A stretch of DNA of 64,000 nt from Candidatus Saccharimonadales bacterium (GCA_038257245.1 JBBSJL010000003.1:2074-66073); one strand, 5' to 3'. Shown: positions 1 to 11,205, counted from the first letter of the stretch. Program-made: numbers and translations. Notes: a model not told the origin generated them from the letters alone.

Positions 1-1787
1 TTATATTCGTATTTCTATGGGTTGTGGGCAACTCACTCTATTCATCTCAAAATATATTTATTTATCGTGATCCCGCAATATATGCAGTACAAGGGCAACA
101 CTTAATTAATAACAACAATTTTGAAATTCAAGGTTCCAATGTATTTGGTAACGATAAGGAGATAGTTAGCCATGCAGTTTCATTTTTACCCATAAAAGAT
201 CAGGATAAAGATCCAGATAGACTATACATGCATGGCATGCAAATGCTCCCCGTATACTTAGGAATTGCGGGTAGACTTGTGGGGGGGTCGATGATGCTAC
301 ATTTAAACCCTCTCTTCGGTGGACTAGCCTTATTGGCACTTTACGGATTTGCTGTATTGTTTATAAAGCCAAAATGGGCACTACTATCAATATTATTATT
401 TGGTGTTACATTACCACTTATATATTTCTCCAGAGACAACTACACCGAACCATTAACGACCATATTTGTATTTTCTGGTCTCTCGATGTTTGTTGCTGCC
501 TCACAAAAAAATAGCAGAACACTATGGTTAGTTGCTGGGATTATTGCGGGCGCCAGCGCACTAACCAGGATAGATGCGTATCTTGTTATCGCTGGATTTA
601 TGGTAGCTTCTATTTTGCGGCTGGTATGGCTCAAGAACGACAATAAACAATTAAAAAGCACAATTGTATATTTAATTTCGTGTCTATTGGTAATGAGTAT
701 TGGCTATACAGCTCTTACATCAATCAGTGCCAGATATTACTCAGATCTGAGGAGTGGTTTTATGCAACAATTAGCATTACTTGTGGCCGCAGTTGTATCG
801 TGCTTCATCTTTGTCATGTTGATACCATGGTTGAAAAAAATATTTCCTAGAACTAGGAATGGCTTATTAGAAAGTCGAGCAATTATTCTACAGGTTATGG
901 CTTTCTTTTCGGTAATAATATTGGCTTCTAGACCTTTTTGGTACGTTGGGAAGGATATAAAGCAAAATCCATTAGTTGCAATTTTACAGAATGCAGAAGG
1001 AAAAATGATAGAGCCACGAAATTACTCAGAACAAACTTTGAATTGGCTTTGGTGGTATATAGGGCCAATTGCAGCTATTTTAGCTTTATATGCATTTCTT
1101 TACGTACTTGGTAAGGTAACTTTCCGTAAACACATAAAATACATTCCAATTATGTGTATTTTTATTATTACGACTACAGTTTATTTATTAAAGCCAGCAA
1201 TTACACCAGATCAAATTTGGGCAGCTCGAAGATTCTTACCGGTTACGATACCATTTTTAGCATTTTTTACCGCCATGGGACTAGGAATTATTGTTAGTAA
1301 ACTGAATTTAACAAATGATAAGTATAGAATTCATAAAAAATTCAGCGTTGCCCTATTAATTATTATGATATTTTTGGGTCCTCTATTTATAACTCAGCCA
1401 TTTATTACAACTAGAGTATATGCAGGACAATTAGCTCAGATTAAAACTATATGTAACTCGTTGCCAGAAAACCCAGCATTATTAATGGTGGGTACAAATG
1501 GCTACAATCTCATGCAGCCCTTACGTACCTATTGCAATATACCTGCAGAACTATTGATTGCGCCGAAGAGCAATAAGCAAATTGAACAAGCAATAAATGA
1601 AGCTGAAGCCAAAGGATACAGCCCCGTTATTGTAGTTGATGGGCACGAGTTGGCACTTGTAGAAACAGAAAAATATACATTGAGATATATTAGTAGTGGG
1701 ATAGACGAAGATCTAGTAAAGAATCTCTATAATCCGCCACGTAACACTATTACAGAGGAAAGAAATATATATTTCTTCACTAAATAA
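1..1787 (+). CDS. GT-C-type (ArnT/PMT-like) integral-membrane glycosyltransferase; 5' end probably outside the window
   Basis: The frame is open to the window edge (no stop from nt 3), and the track start at 24 is a GTG. The protein has more than 10 hydrophobic helices followed by a ~110-aa soluble C-terminus. The family call rests on topology and the glycan-cluster context only. Confidence 0.55.
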   Translation, partial: IFVFLWVVGNSLYSSQNIFIYRDPAIYAVQGQHLINNNNFEIQGSNVFGNDKEIVSHAVSFLPIKDQDKDPDRLYMHGMQMLPVYLGIAGRLVGGSMMLHLNPLFGGLALLALYGFAVLFIKPKWALLSILLFGVTLPLIYFSRDNYTEPLTTIFVFSGLSMFVAASQKNSRTLWLVAGIIAGASALTRIDAYLVIAGFMVASILRLVWLKNDNKQLKSTIVYLISCLLVMSIGYTALTSISARYYSDLRSGFMQQLALLVAAVVSCFIFVMLIPWLKKIFPRTRNGLLESRAIILQVMAFFSVIILASRPFWYVGKDIKQNPLVAILQNAEGKMIEPRNYSEQTLNWLWWYIGPIAAILALYAFLYVLGKVTFRKHIKYIPIMCIFIITTTVYLLKPAITPDQIWAARRFLPVTIPFLAFFTAMGLGIIVSKLNLTNDKYRIHKKFSVALLIIMIFLGPLFITQPFITTRVYAGQLAQIKTICNSLPENPALLMVGTNGYNLMQPLRTYCNIPAELLIAPKSNKQIEQAINEAEAKGYSPVIVVDGHELALVETEKYTLRYISSGIDEDLVKNLYNPPRNTITEERNIYFFTK

Positions 1788-1795
1788 ATTGGAAG

Positions 1796-2497
1796 CTAGA
1801 TCTTCTTATAAACATAGAAATCTGCAAAAGATTCGTCTATTTCGTTCGATTCTACTTTAAATTTATTTTCTACGGAAGTTACTAGCTTCCAGTTTTTTTG
1901 ATTCATTTTCACCCAGTCTGTAAATTTTCTATGTCTTACATGTTGCGCCTGTACTTTCTTATTGTCGTTTGTGTTAGATGCGTAAATTATTACGAATTTA
2001 TTAGACATAGCAAACATATCTTTCATATATTTTTCAAATACGTTGTCTTCAACGAGATGATAAATTACGTCTAAAGACATCGATAAGTCTACTTTAAAAA
2101 TTTTATGATTATCTCTAAAGTACTCTGGATCGTAAAGGAAGAAAGATTTTGTTTTATCTTTGTCATAAATTTTTAAACATAGGTCAATACTACTTTTAGA
2201 AACATCAAAGCCGATATAATTCTTGAAATCAAACAGTTTAAGCTGACTACCGTCGCCACTACCCAGCTCTAAAACGTTATTAATTTTATTCTTTTTTGCA
2301 AAATCATTCAAATATTGAGCTTTAAACTTGGCTAATCTTCCATAAGAACCTGCACCAGAATTTCCACCTTTTTTATATCTTGACTCCCAATAATTTTTTG
2401 AACTAAATGAGCGACTTCTTTTTAGCGTATGGTAAACGGGTAAACCTGCTTTTTTAACTATTATATTCTGGTAAAGTTTTTTCTTAATATTGCTCAC
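1796..2497 (-). CDS. Class I SAM-dependent methyltransferase
   Basis: Motif I VLELGSGDGSQ, followed by an acidic residue after beta-2 (GFDVS) and a post-I LDVIYHL block. Confidence 0.75.
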   Translation of the reverse strand: MSNIKKKLYQNIIVKKAGLPVYHTLKRSRSFSSKNYWESRYKKGGNSGAGSYGRLAKFKAQYLNDFAKKNKINNVLELGSGDGSQLKLFDFKNYIGFDVSKSSIDLCLKIYDKDKTKSFFLYDPEYFRDNHKIFKVDLSMSLDVIYHLVEDNVFEKYMKDMFAMSNKFVIIYASNTNDNKKVQAQHVRHRKFTDWVKMNQKNWKLVTSVENKFKVESNEIDESFADFYVYKKI

Positions 2498-2575
2498 GAA
2501 TACTCCCGGTTAAATATGTGATTTTAGTAATACTGAAGTATAATACATTAAAATGTACATAAATATAAGGTGTAA

Positions 2576-3775
2576 ATGAAAAAAAACTGTATAGTAATTT
2601 TAGCTTCAACATTCCCGCGCTGGAAGAACGACTCTGTCCCTACATTTGTGTACGATCACGCAATAAACATGAAAGAGTATTTCGAAAAAGTTATAGTTAT
2701 AGCTCCCCATTATAAAGGTGCAAAAAAAAATGAGGCATGGGACGGGTTAACTATTAAGAGATTCAGATACTTCTGGCCAGCGAGTGGGGAGAATATAGCG
2801 TATGGAAACTTTAAGTCCAATAATGGTTTTGTCTCAAAAATAAAATCTATCTACTATATCTTCTCCCAGGTGGCATTTACACTAGTTTATACATTAAAAT
2901 TTAAGCCAGAAATTATCAATGCTCATTGGATAATACCTCAAGGTTTTTCAGGTGTATTGGTAGGCAGACTAACTAAGACTAAAGTAATATCTTCAGTTCA
3001 TGGGGGTGATGTATTCACACTTAACGGTAGGTTCATAAACAAGTTTAAGAAATACGTATTAAAATCATCAGATGCAGTAACTGTTAATAGTACTGTTACG
3101 GAACGTGCATGTAGGGTTATGTATAATCGTACATACAAAATTATTCCACCCATAGTAGATGTCGACATATTTAAAGGATTAAAAAAATTTGATTTAAACC
3201 TAAAAGACAAAATGCTAAATATACTTTTTGTAGGAAGAATTTCAGAAGAAAAGGGGATCATATACTTGTTAGAAGCAGTATATGAATTAGTGGAAATTAA
3301 AGGTATTAAAAAAATAAAAGTGTATATTGTTGGAGATGGTCCAGACAGACATAAACTAATAAAATGGGTTGAAGAGCATAGTTTAGAAAACACGATAACT
3401 TTTGAAGGGTGGAAACAAAGGAGCGAATTAATTAAATATTATGCACTAGCAGATGTATTTGTGGGACCCTCAATAAAGGCTGATAGTGGCTGGGTAGAAG
3501 CTTTTGGAATTGTATTTGCCGAGGCTTCTAGCGCAGGGATACCCATAATTACTACAAATACAGGGGGGATGGTTGATATAGTTAAAAACGGCAAAAACGG
3601 CTATTTAGTAAGTCAAAAAAATTCTGTGGAAATATCAGAAAAAATACAAATATTTTACAATGATAGGGTGAAACTAAATTCTTTCGGCAAAAACGGATCA
3701 AAATTTGTATCAAACAGATTCTCTAGCAAGGTAGTCAGCAAGAAGTTTAACTTATTAGTAGAAGAAATTATTTAG
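2576..3775 (+). CDS. Glycosyltransferase family 4 (GT-B fold)
   Basis: C-terminal EAFGIVFAEASSAGIPIITTNTGGMVDIVKNGKNGYLV (the E-x7-E region). An AAGGTG Shine-Dalgarno (SD) lies 4 nt upstream of the ATG. Confidence 0.85.
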   Translation: MKKNCIVILASTFPRWKNDSVPTFVYDHAINMKEYFEKVIVIAPHYKGAKKNEAWDGLTIKRFRYFWPASGENIAYGNFKSNNGFVSKIKSIYYIFSQVAFTLVYTLKFKPEIINAHWIIPQGFSGVLVGRLTKTKVISSVHGGDVFTLNGRFINKFKKYVLKSSDAVTVNSTVTERACRVMYNRTYKIIPPIVDVDIFKGLKKFDLNLKDKMLNILFVGRISEEKGIIYLLEAVYELVEIKGIKKIKVYIVGDGPDRHKLIKWVEEHSLENTITFEGWKQRSELIKYYALADVFVGPSIKADSGWVEAFGIVFAEASSAGIPIITTNTGGMVDIVKNGKNGYLVSQKNSVEISEKIQIFYNDRVKLNSFGKNGSKFVSNRFSSKVVSKKFNLLVEEII

Positions 3776-4292
3776 TAGCTTCAATATAGTAGCAGAAAGG
3801 AAACTCTCTTTTGCCCTTGTAGCTTAAATCAATATGCTTAAAAGTTTTAAGCAGTATTCTTAAGCTGTGTTCAGTAAATCTCCAATAATCAGCTGGCTCG
3901 TCGTGTAGTGGATAGTACATGGGTAGGGCAATAATGACTGTCCCATCTTTTTTTAAAGCATTGTAAATATTTTTTACAGCTGTATTGTATTCAAACACAT
4001 GTTCTAAGACGTTCATGCAAAGAATTACATCATACTTATTTGAGTCTCTCATTTTTGTAACATCTAATATCCTATGACCAAAATCTTTTATTATGTCAGT
4101 TTGAATGAATTCATTATCGTTTAAAAATAAATGTTTTGCAGAGTAAGAGTGTCTATCCTTTACTTTTTTACCACTACCGATTTCAAGAATTTTTAATCCC
4201 TTTTTATTTTTAGCAAATTCTGCCACTTTATTGAATTGATACTTGCGGGCCCCAGTTATGTTGTGTATAAAAAATCTTGCAGCTCTCTTCAT
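3768..4292 (-). CDS. Class I SAM-dependent methyltransferase (type 11-like)
   Basis: ILEIGSGKK motif I and DVILCMNVLEHVFE. The gene is coupled to the downstream gene by a 4-nt overlap. Confidence 0.75.
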   Translation of the reverse strand: MKRAARFFIHNITGARKYQFNKVAEFAKNKKGLKILEIGSGKKVKDRHSYSAKHLFLNDNEFIQTDIIKDFGHRILDVTKMRDSNKYDVILCMNVLEHVFEYNTAVKNIYNALKKDGTVIIALPMYYPLHDEPADYWRFTEHSLRILLKTFKHIDLSYKGKREFPFCYYIEATK

Positions 4293-5212
4293 CCTTTTTT
4301 ATCCTCCATCGTGTTAGTGCTTCCAATATAATTGTTCTTATTATTTTTCACGGCAAATGCAACTGGTGTTATTATTGCAAATGTGACAAAAAGTAATAAT
4401 CTTTCAAGTGTAGATGCAATAACTATATCATTTATTCCGATGCCCATTCTACTTGACGCCAATAGTAATAGCCCTTCACGTATGCCGACAGCTCCAGGTG
4501 TTATTGCAAAGGCAAGCGAAAATTGTCCAATTGCGGTATAAATTAGTAAGCCTTTAATATCAATATTTGCTCCAATTGCATGTAGTGAAATACCGTACAC
4601 AAGTAAGCTCCCAATAATCTGTATAACATTAATTAAGGAGATATTTTTAATGTTATATTTTTTGAGGGAATTATATTTTTTGAGATAACTGATTTTATCG
4701 ACTATGAGAGATACTGTACCTTGATACAATACCGGTGCACAAAGCAACATTATAATTATGATAATCAGAAACGCATTATCGGTCGATAAAAATACAGAAA
4801 CAATTATAAGGATAAAAGAAATGTAAAATAAGCTCAGGTATTGTATTATCGTAAAACCAAAAAAACTTTTATAGCTAATAGACTGTTTAGTTTTTACAAA
4901 AACCGCCCTTATGCCAACCCCTCCTTGCAAGAAACCAAAAAAATTTACGAGCGATGAATAGGCAGTAACTTTAAGCAATTCTACCAATTTAGAATTTTTG
5001 TTGTTCTGGACAATAACTTCTCTCAGTATAAGAGCTGCCGAAAATAATATGGTTAGCTGACCAGTTATAATTAGAAAAATATCAAATAAACCTATCTGCG
5101 TTAACCTATTAAATTCAGACCGATTATTGTATGCGTAAAAAGAAAACAAAAATAATACCAAAACAAAAGCTAATATTTGAATTAACTTTTTATATTTTTT
5201 AACGTAACTCAA
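4289..5212 (-). CDS. Flippase-like polytopic membrane protein (lysyl-PG synthase TM-region / UPF0104-like)
   Basis: About 8 hydrophobic helices and a GAVGIREG motif near the C-terminus. The gene overlaps the upstream GT2 gene. Confidence 0.5.
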   Translation of the reverse strand: MSYVKKYKKLIQILAFVLVLFLFSFYAYNNRSEFNRLTQIGLFDIFLIITGQLTILFSAALILREVIVQNNKNSKLVELLKVTAYSSLVNFFGFLQGGVGIRAVFVKTKQSISYKSFFGFTIIQYLSLFYISFILIIVSVFLSTDNAFLIIIIIMLLCAPVLYQGTVSLIVDKISYLKKYNSLKKYNIKNISLINVIQIIGSLLVYGISLHAIGANIDIKGLLIYTAIGQFSLAFAITPGAVGIREGLLLLASSRMGIGINDIVIASTLERLLLFVTFAIITPVAFAVKNNKNNYIGSTNTMEDKKG

Positions 5213-6140
5213 GTCTTTTTGTTCTCTCTAAATCGTTCTCGGTAATAATACGGTTTGTCTTAATCAAATCTGCTATCACCCCCAGTACGCAGAATAATAA
5301 ACCTGCAGTAAATAGGGCTACGCCGAGAAGTAGTGATTGTACATGCTGCCCAGGGTCAGAAGACCCAATAGTTAGTGCGAGGTATCTTACAAAAGGTACG
5401 GTACTTAGCACTAATAGAGACACACCAGGGATGACAAAGACTTTCAACGGCTCGTGCATAAAGTAACTCTTGGCAATTACCCGCCCGGTCATATACATGT
5501 GCTGCCATATGTTTTTAAACAGTCTAGATTTGCGTGTTGGTGGATTTGTAGTGACTGGAACTGACGAGATCGCCATGCGTTTCCTGCCCGCATGAATTAT
5601 GCTTTCTGTGCAGTAGCTGAATGAGTTAACGATGTGCATTTTTATTGCTGCTTCCCGTGAGTACGCCCTAAACCCACTAACAGTATCTGGTACATTCGTT
5701 TTCGCTGCTTTATTTACTATCCAAGATCCAAATCTTTGCATAGTTTTCTTGAAGAGCCCAAAATGGGCAATTGTATCGGTCTGACGATCACCAATTACAA
5801 TATCCGCACTCCCGTCTAATATAGGCACAACTAGTTTAGGAATGTCTGCTTGGGGGTATTGGTTGTCACCGTCGGTATTTACAATGACGTCTGCACCATG
5901 CGCAAGACAGTAGTCTAATCCGTCCGTGAATGAACGGGCTAGACCCTGATTGGTTCTGTGTGTGACGAAATGCTTAACACCAAAGTTCTTAGCTACTTCT
6001 ACTGTTTTATCCGTAGACCCATCATTAATAATTAGTATCTCTACAGACTTAAAGCCCTCAACCTTTTTAGGTATAGTCTTTAGGACGTCTCGTAAGGTAT
6101 TTTCTTCGTTCAGGCACGGAATTTGCACAAATAGTTTCAT
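5199..6140 (-). CDS. GT2 polyprenyl-phosphate sugar synthase (DPM1/ArnC/GtrB-like) with C-terminal TM helices
   Basis: N-terminal IPCLNEE...ILIINDGSTDKT and a TDGDNQY (DxD) motif. Two C-terminal hydrophobic helices. Confidence 0.8.
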   Translation of the reverse strand: MKLFVQIPCLNEENTLRDVLKTIPKKVEGFKSVEILIINDGSTDKTVEVAKNFGVKHFVTHRTNQGLARSFTDGLDYCLAHGADVIVNTDGDNQYPQADIPKLVVPILDGSADIVIGDRQTDTIAHFGLFKKTMQRFGSWIVNKAAKTNVPDTVSGFRAYSREAAIKMHIVNSFSYCTESIIHAGRKRMAISSVPVTTNPPTRKSRLFKNIWQHMYMTGRVIAKSYFMHEPLKVFVIPGVSLLVLSTVPFVRYLALTIGSSDPGQHVQSLLLGVALFTAGLLFCVLGVIADLIKTNRIITENDLERTKRLELR

Positions 6141-7492
6141 TATTTTCCTCTTCCTACTCCGATGTAGTTTAGCCCAAAACCACCAATAACTGAAGGGTCT
6201 AGAATGTTAACTGCATCAATTATAAGATTTCCCGACATTAGGTCTGCGATTTCTTTAAAATTTAGTTTCTTAAATTCTTCCCATTCCGTTGCTATTAATA
6301 TTGCATCTACTCCAGTAACTGCATCTCTAAGGGAAGACTTAACCACAACTGAGCTTCTGAGATCTCCGCCAGCTTCTATATTTGCATGCGGATCAAATGC
6401 AGTAACCTTTGCTCCAGATTTGTCTAATATATTTGCTAATTTTACTCCAGGAGATTTTCGGGAATCGCTTGTGCCCGCCTTGAAGGCAAGCCCAAGTACT
6501 GCTACTTTTTTGTTCTCGAGAGTCTCAAGTTCCCCCTGAGCTTTATTAGCAATATATCCAGGCATACTTTCGTTAATATCGGTCACAGCAATCATAATAG
6601 GCATATCAACACCGTACTCTGAGGCGCTTGCGATTAAGCCGCTTACATCCTTTGGGAAGCAGCCACCACCATAACCACGCCCAGCATTTAAAAATGCTCT
6701 ACCAATACGGTTATCTGCGCCTACTGCATCCATAACATCAACTACATCAGCTCCAGATTCGTCCGCAAGTTTAGCAATAGAATTAGCAAAAGATATTTTA
6801 AGTGCTAGGAAGGCGTTTGCAGTAACTTTAATTAGTTCTGCACTATTACGGTTTGTTCTAATATATTTCCCCGATGGTTTATTGATAGGCTCCACGTTAA
6901 TTATTTTTGCAATTTTATCTTTATTTTTTTCTAGTTGCTCATATATAGACATTACTTTAGTTATTGCTGAATCGTTATTGCTACCGACCACAACTCTGTC
7001 AAACCATAGACTATCTAGTATAGCTGTTCCTTCGCGGAGAAATTCCGGATTTGAAACATAGGCTATTTTCCTCTGCTCTTTTTTAAACAATAATTCTATA
7101 TTTTCACCAGTACCTACTGGAACCGTACTTTTCTGTACGAATACAGCAACATCGTTTGCATTTTCACTAATAGTTTTTGCAACTGAATAAATATAACTTA
7201 GGTTCGAGCTGCCATCTGGGTTATCAGGAGTACCCACACAGGAAAATATGACCTCGCTATTTTTAATTACAGCTGGCTGATCAGTTATAGAGAGGTTTTT
7301 TTGTCTCAACGCTTCTTGTAGTAACTCATCAATACCTTGCTCATAGAAAAAAGATTTACCAGATCTTAATATTTTCAATCTCTTGGGGTCGTTTTCTATT
7401 AAGTTGACCTTAAACCCAGAATTAGCAAACAGCACAGCGGATGTTAGGCCAACATATCCAGCACCAAAAATCGAAATATTACCTTTTACCAT
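6140..7492 (-). CDS. UDP-glucose/GDP-mannose dehydrogenase family (likely UDP-glucose 6-dehydrogenase)
   Basis: N-terminal Rossmann motif ISIFGAGYVGL. Catalytic GGGCFPKD motif. Length 450 aa. Confidence 0.85.
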   Translation of the reverse strand: MVKGNISIFGAGYVGLTSAVLFANSGFKVNLIENDPKRLKILRSGKSFFYEQGIDELLQEALRQKNLSITDQPAVIKNSEVIFSCVGTPDNPDGSSNLSYIYSVAKTISENANDVAVFVQKSTVPVGTGENIELLFKKEQRKIAYVSNPEFLREGTAILDSLWFDRVVVGSNNDSAITKVMSIYEQLEKNKDKIAKIINVEPINKPSGKYIRTNRNSAELIKVTANAFLALKISFANSIAKLADESGADVVDVMDAVGADNRIGRAFLNAGRGYGGGCFPKDVSGLIASASEYGVDMPIMIAVTDINESMPGYIANKAQGELETLENKKVAVLGLAFKAGTSDSRKSPGVKLANILDKSGAKVTAFDPHANIEAGGDLRSSVVVKSSLRDAVTGVDAILIATEWEEFKKLNFKEIADLMSGNLIIDAVNILDPSVIGGFGLNYIGVGRGK

Positions 7493-7567
7493 TTACTCAA
7501 TTATACATTGTATTGCGTTGTTTTTTTTAAATGGCCAATACCAGTTATAAAAGTTATCATTATAGCT

Positions 7568-8620
7568 ATGATTGTATGTATTATTGCCGGAGGTAGTGGC
7601 ACTAGACTGTGGCCCTTATCTACGCCTGATTACCCTAAGCATCTATTGCATGTCAATGGGAGCAAAAGGTCTTTGTTGCAGAATACTTATGACAGAGCAA
7701 AGAAAATTGGTAGTGAAGTTTATGTAATTACAGAAAAAGGGCATGCGCATCACGTTAAAGAGCAATTACCTGAACTTTCTAACGATAATTTTGTTATTGA
7801 ACCAGGCAGGAGAGGCACCGCGAGCTGTATAGTCGCAGCTTTAGCCCACGTATCAAAAAGACATGATGATAAAGAACCGGTTGCTGTCTTATCTGCAGAT
7901 CATTTTATTCGTGACACAGTAGGATTTGAGCATAGTTTTAGGGTTGCTGGGGAGTTGTCAGAAAAAGAAGGAAGAATTGTCTTAGTAGGCGTAGAGCCAG
8001 ATCATCCAGCAACGGGCTTTGGTTATATCCAAAAAGATAAAGTCTACAAAAATGGAGGCTTTGCATACGAAGTCCACGCATTTAAAGAAAAACCAGATTA
8101 TGATAAAGCGCTTGAGTACGTAAAAAGCGGTCAATATTTATGGAACTGTGGCTATTTTGTTGGCTCCGTAAACACTTTCACAAAACACATGTCAGATAAG
8201 GCGGTTGGATTATTTGAAAATTTCAACAAACTTAAAAATTCTAAATCTAATGAAGAATTCAATAAAATCTACTTAGGGTTTGAAAATGACACCATTGATT
8301 ACGCACTTATCGAGAAGGTTAATGATTTACTGGTAGTTCCTGCTAGCTTTGACTGGATGGACCTGGGATCATTCAGCGATCTTCACCTTGCAGTCGGTGC
8401 GGATGAGTCCGGAAACTTTATTAGTAAAAGTGACAAAATAGAGATTGACGGAGTCGAGAATTCATATATTGAAAACCAAGAAGATAAACCGGTGGCGGTT
8501 ATTGGTCTTGATAACGTGGTAGTTATAAATACTAAAGATGGATTATTGGTTACAAGAAAAGATTTAGGACAAAAAGTCGGAGAAGTTGCCAAGAGAATAA
8601 TTAAAAAACAGGAGAAATAA
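7568..8620 (+). CDS. Mannose-1-phosphate guanylyltransferase-type sugar nucleotidyltransferase
   Basis: MIVCIIAGGSGTRLWPLS at the proposed ATG (7568). The track start at 7508 is a TTG that adds 20 non-homologous residues. Confidence 0.8.
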   Translation: MIVCIIAGGSGTRLWPLSTPDYPKHLLHVNGSKRSLLQNTYDRAKKIGSEVYVITEKGHAHHVKEQLPELSNDNFVIEPGRRGTASCIVAALAHVSKRHDDKEPVAVLSADHFIRDTVGFEHSFRVAGELSEKEGRIVLVGVEPDHPATGFGYIQKDKVYKNGGFAYEVHAFKEKPDYDKALEYVKSGQYLWNCGYFVGSVNTFTKHMSDKAVGLFENFNKLKNSKSNEEFNKIYLGFENDTIDYALIEKVNDLLVVPASFDWMDLGSFSDLHLAVGADESGNFISKSDKIEIDGVENSYIENQEDKPVAVIGLDNVVVINTKDGLLVTRKDLGQKVGEVAKRIIKKQEK

Positions 8621-8621
8621 T

Positions 8622-9374
8622 ATGAAAAAAGTGATTGCTTTTGATCTAGATGACACTCTAGCAGTAACAAAATCTTCAATATCTGACAAAATGGCAGAGC
8701 TATTGTCTCAATTATTAGAAACTCACCAAGTGTGCATAATATCTGGTGGTTGGTTGCCTCAGTTTGAGAAGCAGGTAGTAAATAATCTACACGTTGAGCA
8801 TCATTTTCTACAAAATTTACATTTAATGCCCACATGTGGCACCAGATACTACAGATTCGACGATATAAACAAAAAATGGAAAATGATCTACTCAGAGGAT
8901 ATTCCTAAAGAGGATAGAAAGCGTATTATAGATGCATTGACCAAGGCTGCTATAGAAGCGGGTTATTTAGAAAAAAATCCCTATGGTGAGCTTGCCCAAG
9001 ATAGATTTAGTCAGATTACTTTTTCCGCACTTGGGCAAGACGCCCCAGCAGAAAAAAAATACGAGTGGGACCCAGATACTAAGAAAAGACAAAAAATGAG
9101 AGCAATTGTAGTCGAAGAACTATCTGACTATGAGGTACGCATAGGTGGTACGACTTCTATTGATGTTACAAGGCCGGGGATCGATAAGGCTTATGGCATG
9201 GAAAAACTTATGAAAGAGCTTGAGATTGGTAAGGAAGATATTTTGTTTATTGGGGACAAACTTGATGAAGGTGGCAACGATTATCCTGTAAAAGCTCTGG
9301 GCATAGATACTATCGCAGTTGAGGGTTGGGAAGACACTGCTCTAATCATTGAGACAATCAACAAACTATCTTAA
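8622..9374 (+). CDS. HAD-IIB hydrolase, eukaryote-type phosphomannomutase-like
   Basis: FDLDDTLA nucleophile motif followed by a PMM-like cap region, then C-terminal GDKLDEGGND. Confidence 0.55.
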   Translation: MKKVIAFDLDDTLAVTKSSISDKMAELLSQLLETHQVCIISGGWLPQFEKQVVNNLHVEHHFLQNLHLMPTCGTRYYRFDDINKKWKMIYSEDIPKEDRKRIIDALTKAAIEAGYLEKNPYGELAQDRFSQITFSALGQDAPAEKKYEWDPDTKKRQKMRAIVVEELSDYEVRIGGTTSIDVTRPGIDKAYGMEKLMKELEIGKEDILFIGDKLDEGGNDYPVKALGIDTIAVEGWEDTALIIETINKLS

Positions 9375-9375
9375 C

Positions 9376-11205
9376 TCACTCAACAGTAACAGATTTGGCG
9401 AGGTTACGGGGTTTATCGACGTCTAGTTTTTTTATTACCGCGACATTGTAGGCGAATAACTGCATTACTACCGCTACCAGCAGTGGCTGAAGTTGTTCAA
9501 GTGTTTTAGGTATGTAAATAACATCATCAGATACTCTCTCAATAGATTTATTGCCCTTAGTTGCAATAGAAACTATTGGGCCACCACGAGCCTTTATCTC
9601 CTCTAAGTTTGACAGTGTCTTATCAATAAATAGATTATCTGGAGCAATTGCAAAAGTAGGGAAGTCGGAGTCTATTAATGCTAACGGACCATGCTTCATT
9701 TCACCAGCCGCATATCCCTCAGCATGTATATAGGATACTTCCTTCAGTTTTAAAGCGCCTTCTAATGCGCATGGGTACAAATTATTGCGACCAAGAAATA
9801 TAAAATCCCTATTCTTCGAATATTTAGTAGCTATCTTTTCAATCTTAGGCGCATCTTTTAGTATTTCTTTAATTTTGTTTGGCATTTGGAGCAATTCATC
9901 CAGTACTGGCTTATATAAGGGGCTATTGCCGTTAGATAGGTGTAGGGCTATTTCTGCGAGGATTGTAACCTGGGCAACAAAGGCTTTTGTACTAGCAACT
10001 GACTTTTCCGGGCCAGCATGACAATAAACACCCGCATCAGTCATCCTAGCAATTGTTGAGCCAACAGAATTGATCAGACCTAATCTAAGTACTCCGTAAT
10101 TCTCTACTTTTTTAAGTGCGGCAATAGTGTCGGCGGTTTCACCTGACTGCGAGATTGCTAGTAAGGCTGTGCTTCTAGAAAATGGTTCTTTGCGATACTT
10201 GAACTCCGATGCTAACTGGACCTCAACAGGAATGCCAGCTATTTCCTCAATTAAATACTCACCAACTAACCCGGCATAATAAGAAGTTCCACAGGCAACT
10301 ATTACGATCCTGTCGATGTATTGTAATTGGTCAGCAACAGAATCCAGACCTCCTAATTTAACAGTGTTAGTTTCGGGTTTCAGACGACCTAAAGTAGCAG
10401 ATTGTACGGTTTGTGGAGCTTCAAATATTTCTTTAAGCATATAGTGTGAGTACCCATCTAATCCTGAATCCGTTTCAGTGTTACTTATTTGCTCCGTAGA
10501 TTTTAGAATATCCTGAGACTCTTTGTAATTGTGAATTTTAACCGAATCATTTTTTACTACTGCTAACTCATAGTCATCCAAAAACATAACTTTATTTGTG
10601 TGTCCACTAATAGCACTAATGTCAGAAGCAATAATATTTGATTTTTTTCCGATACCAATTACTAATGGACTGGATAATTTTGCTACGTAAATTATTTCAG
10701 GATTATCACTATCAAGCACACCAATAGCGTAAGCACCTTGGAGTTCAAGCAGTGTTGTCTTAAGTGCAGTCAGGAAGTCCTTGCTTCGTTTCAAGTTATA
10801 ATCAATCAGATTCGGTATTACTTCTGTATCTGTATCAGAGTAAAATTTGTAATCTTTACTGATAAGGAAATCTTTTAACTCCTGATAATTTTCGATGATT
10901 CCGTTGTGAACAACATGGATTTTCTGATTATTACTACTATGAGGGTGAGCATTGATCTGCGAGGGTGGACCGTGCGTGGCCCACCGGGTATGACCAATAG
11001 CGATTTTGGCATTAAGATCCCCATTTAAGGATATCTCGTTTTGAAGTGACTCAACACGACCAGCAGTTTTTATAGTTTTTGTACCAGCTTTGGATATTGA
11101 GGTGATTCCAGCCGAGTCGTAACCCCGATATTCTAGTGACTTTAAGCCGTTAATTACGGGAGTAATAGCAGATTTGTTTCCGATAAAACCGACAATTCCG
11201 CACAT
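9376..11205 (-). CDS. glmS: Glutamine--fructose-6-phosphate aminotransferase
   Basis: MCGIVG N-terminal nucleophile, two SIS domains, and a C-terminal ...KSVTVE. Length 609 aa. Confidence 0.95.
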   Translation of the reverse strand: MCGIVGFIGNKSAITPVINGLKSLEYRGYDSAGITSISKAGTKTIKTAGRVESLQNEISLNGDLNAKIAIGHTRWATHGPPSQINAHPHSSNNQKIHVVHNGIIENYQELKDFLISKDYKFYSDTDTEVIPNLIDYNLKRSKDFLTALKTTLLELQGAYAIGVLDSDNPEIIYVAKLSSPLVIGIGKKSNIIASDISAISGHTNKVMFLDDYELAVVKNDSVKIHNYKESQDILKSTEQISNTETDSGLDGYSHYMLKEIFEAPQTVQSATLGRLKPETNTVKLGGLDSVADQLQYIDRIVIVACGTSYYAGLVGEYLIEEIAGIPVEVQLASEFKYRKEPFSRSTALLAISQSGETADTIAALKKVENYGVLRLGLINSVGSTIARMTDAGVYCHAGPEKSVASTKAFVAQVTILAEIALHLSNGNSPLYKPVLDELLQMPNKIKEILKDAPKIEKIATKYSKNRDFIFLGRNNLYPCALEGALKLKEVSYIHAEGYAAGEMKHGPLALIDSDFPTFAIAPDNLFIDKTLSNLEEIKARGGPIVSIATKGNKSIERVSDDVIYIPKTLEQLQPLLVAVVMQLFAYNVAVIKKLDVDKPRNLAKSVTVE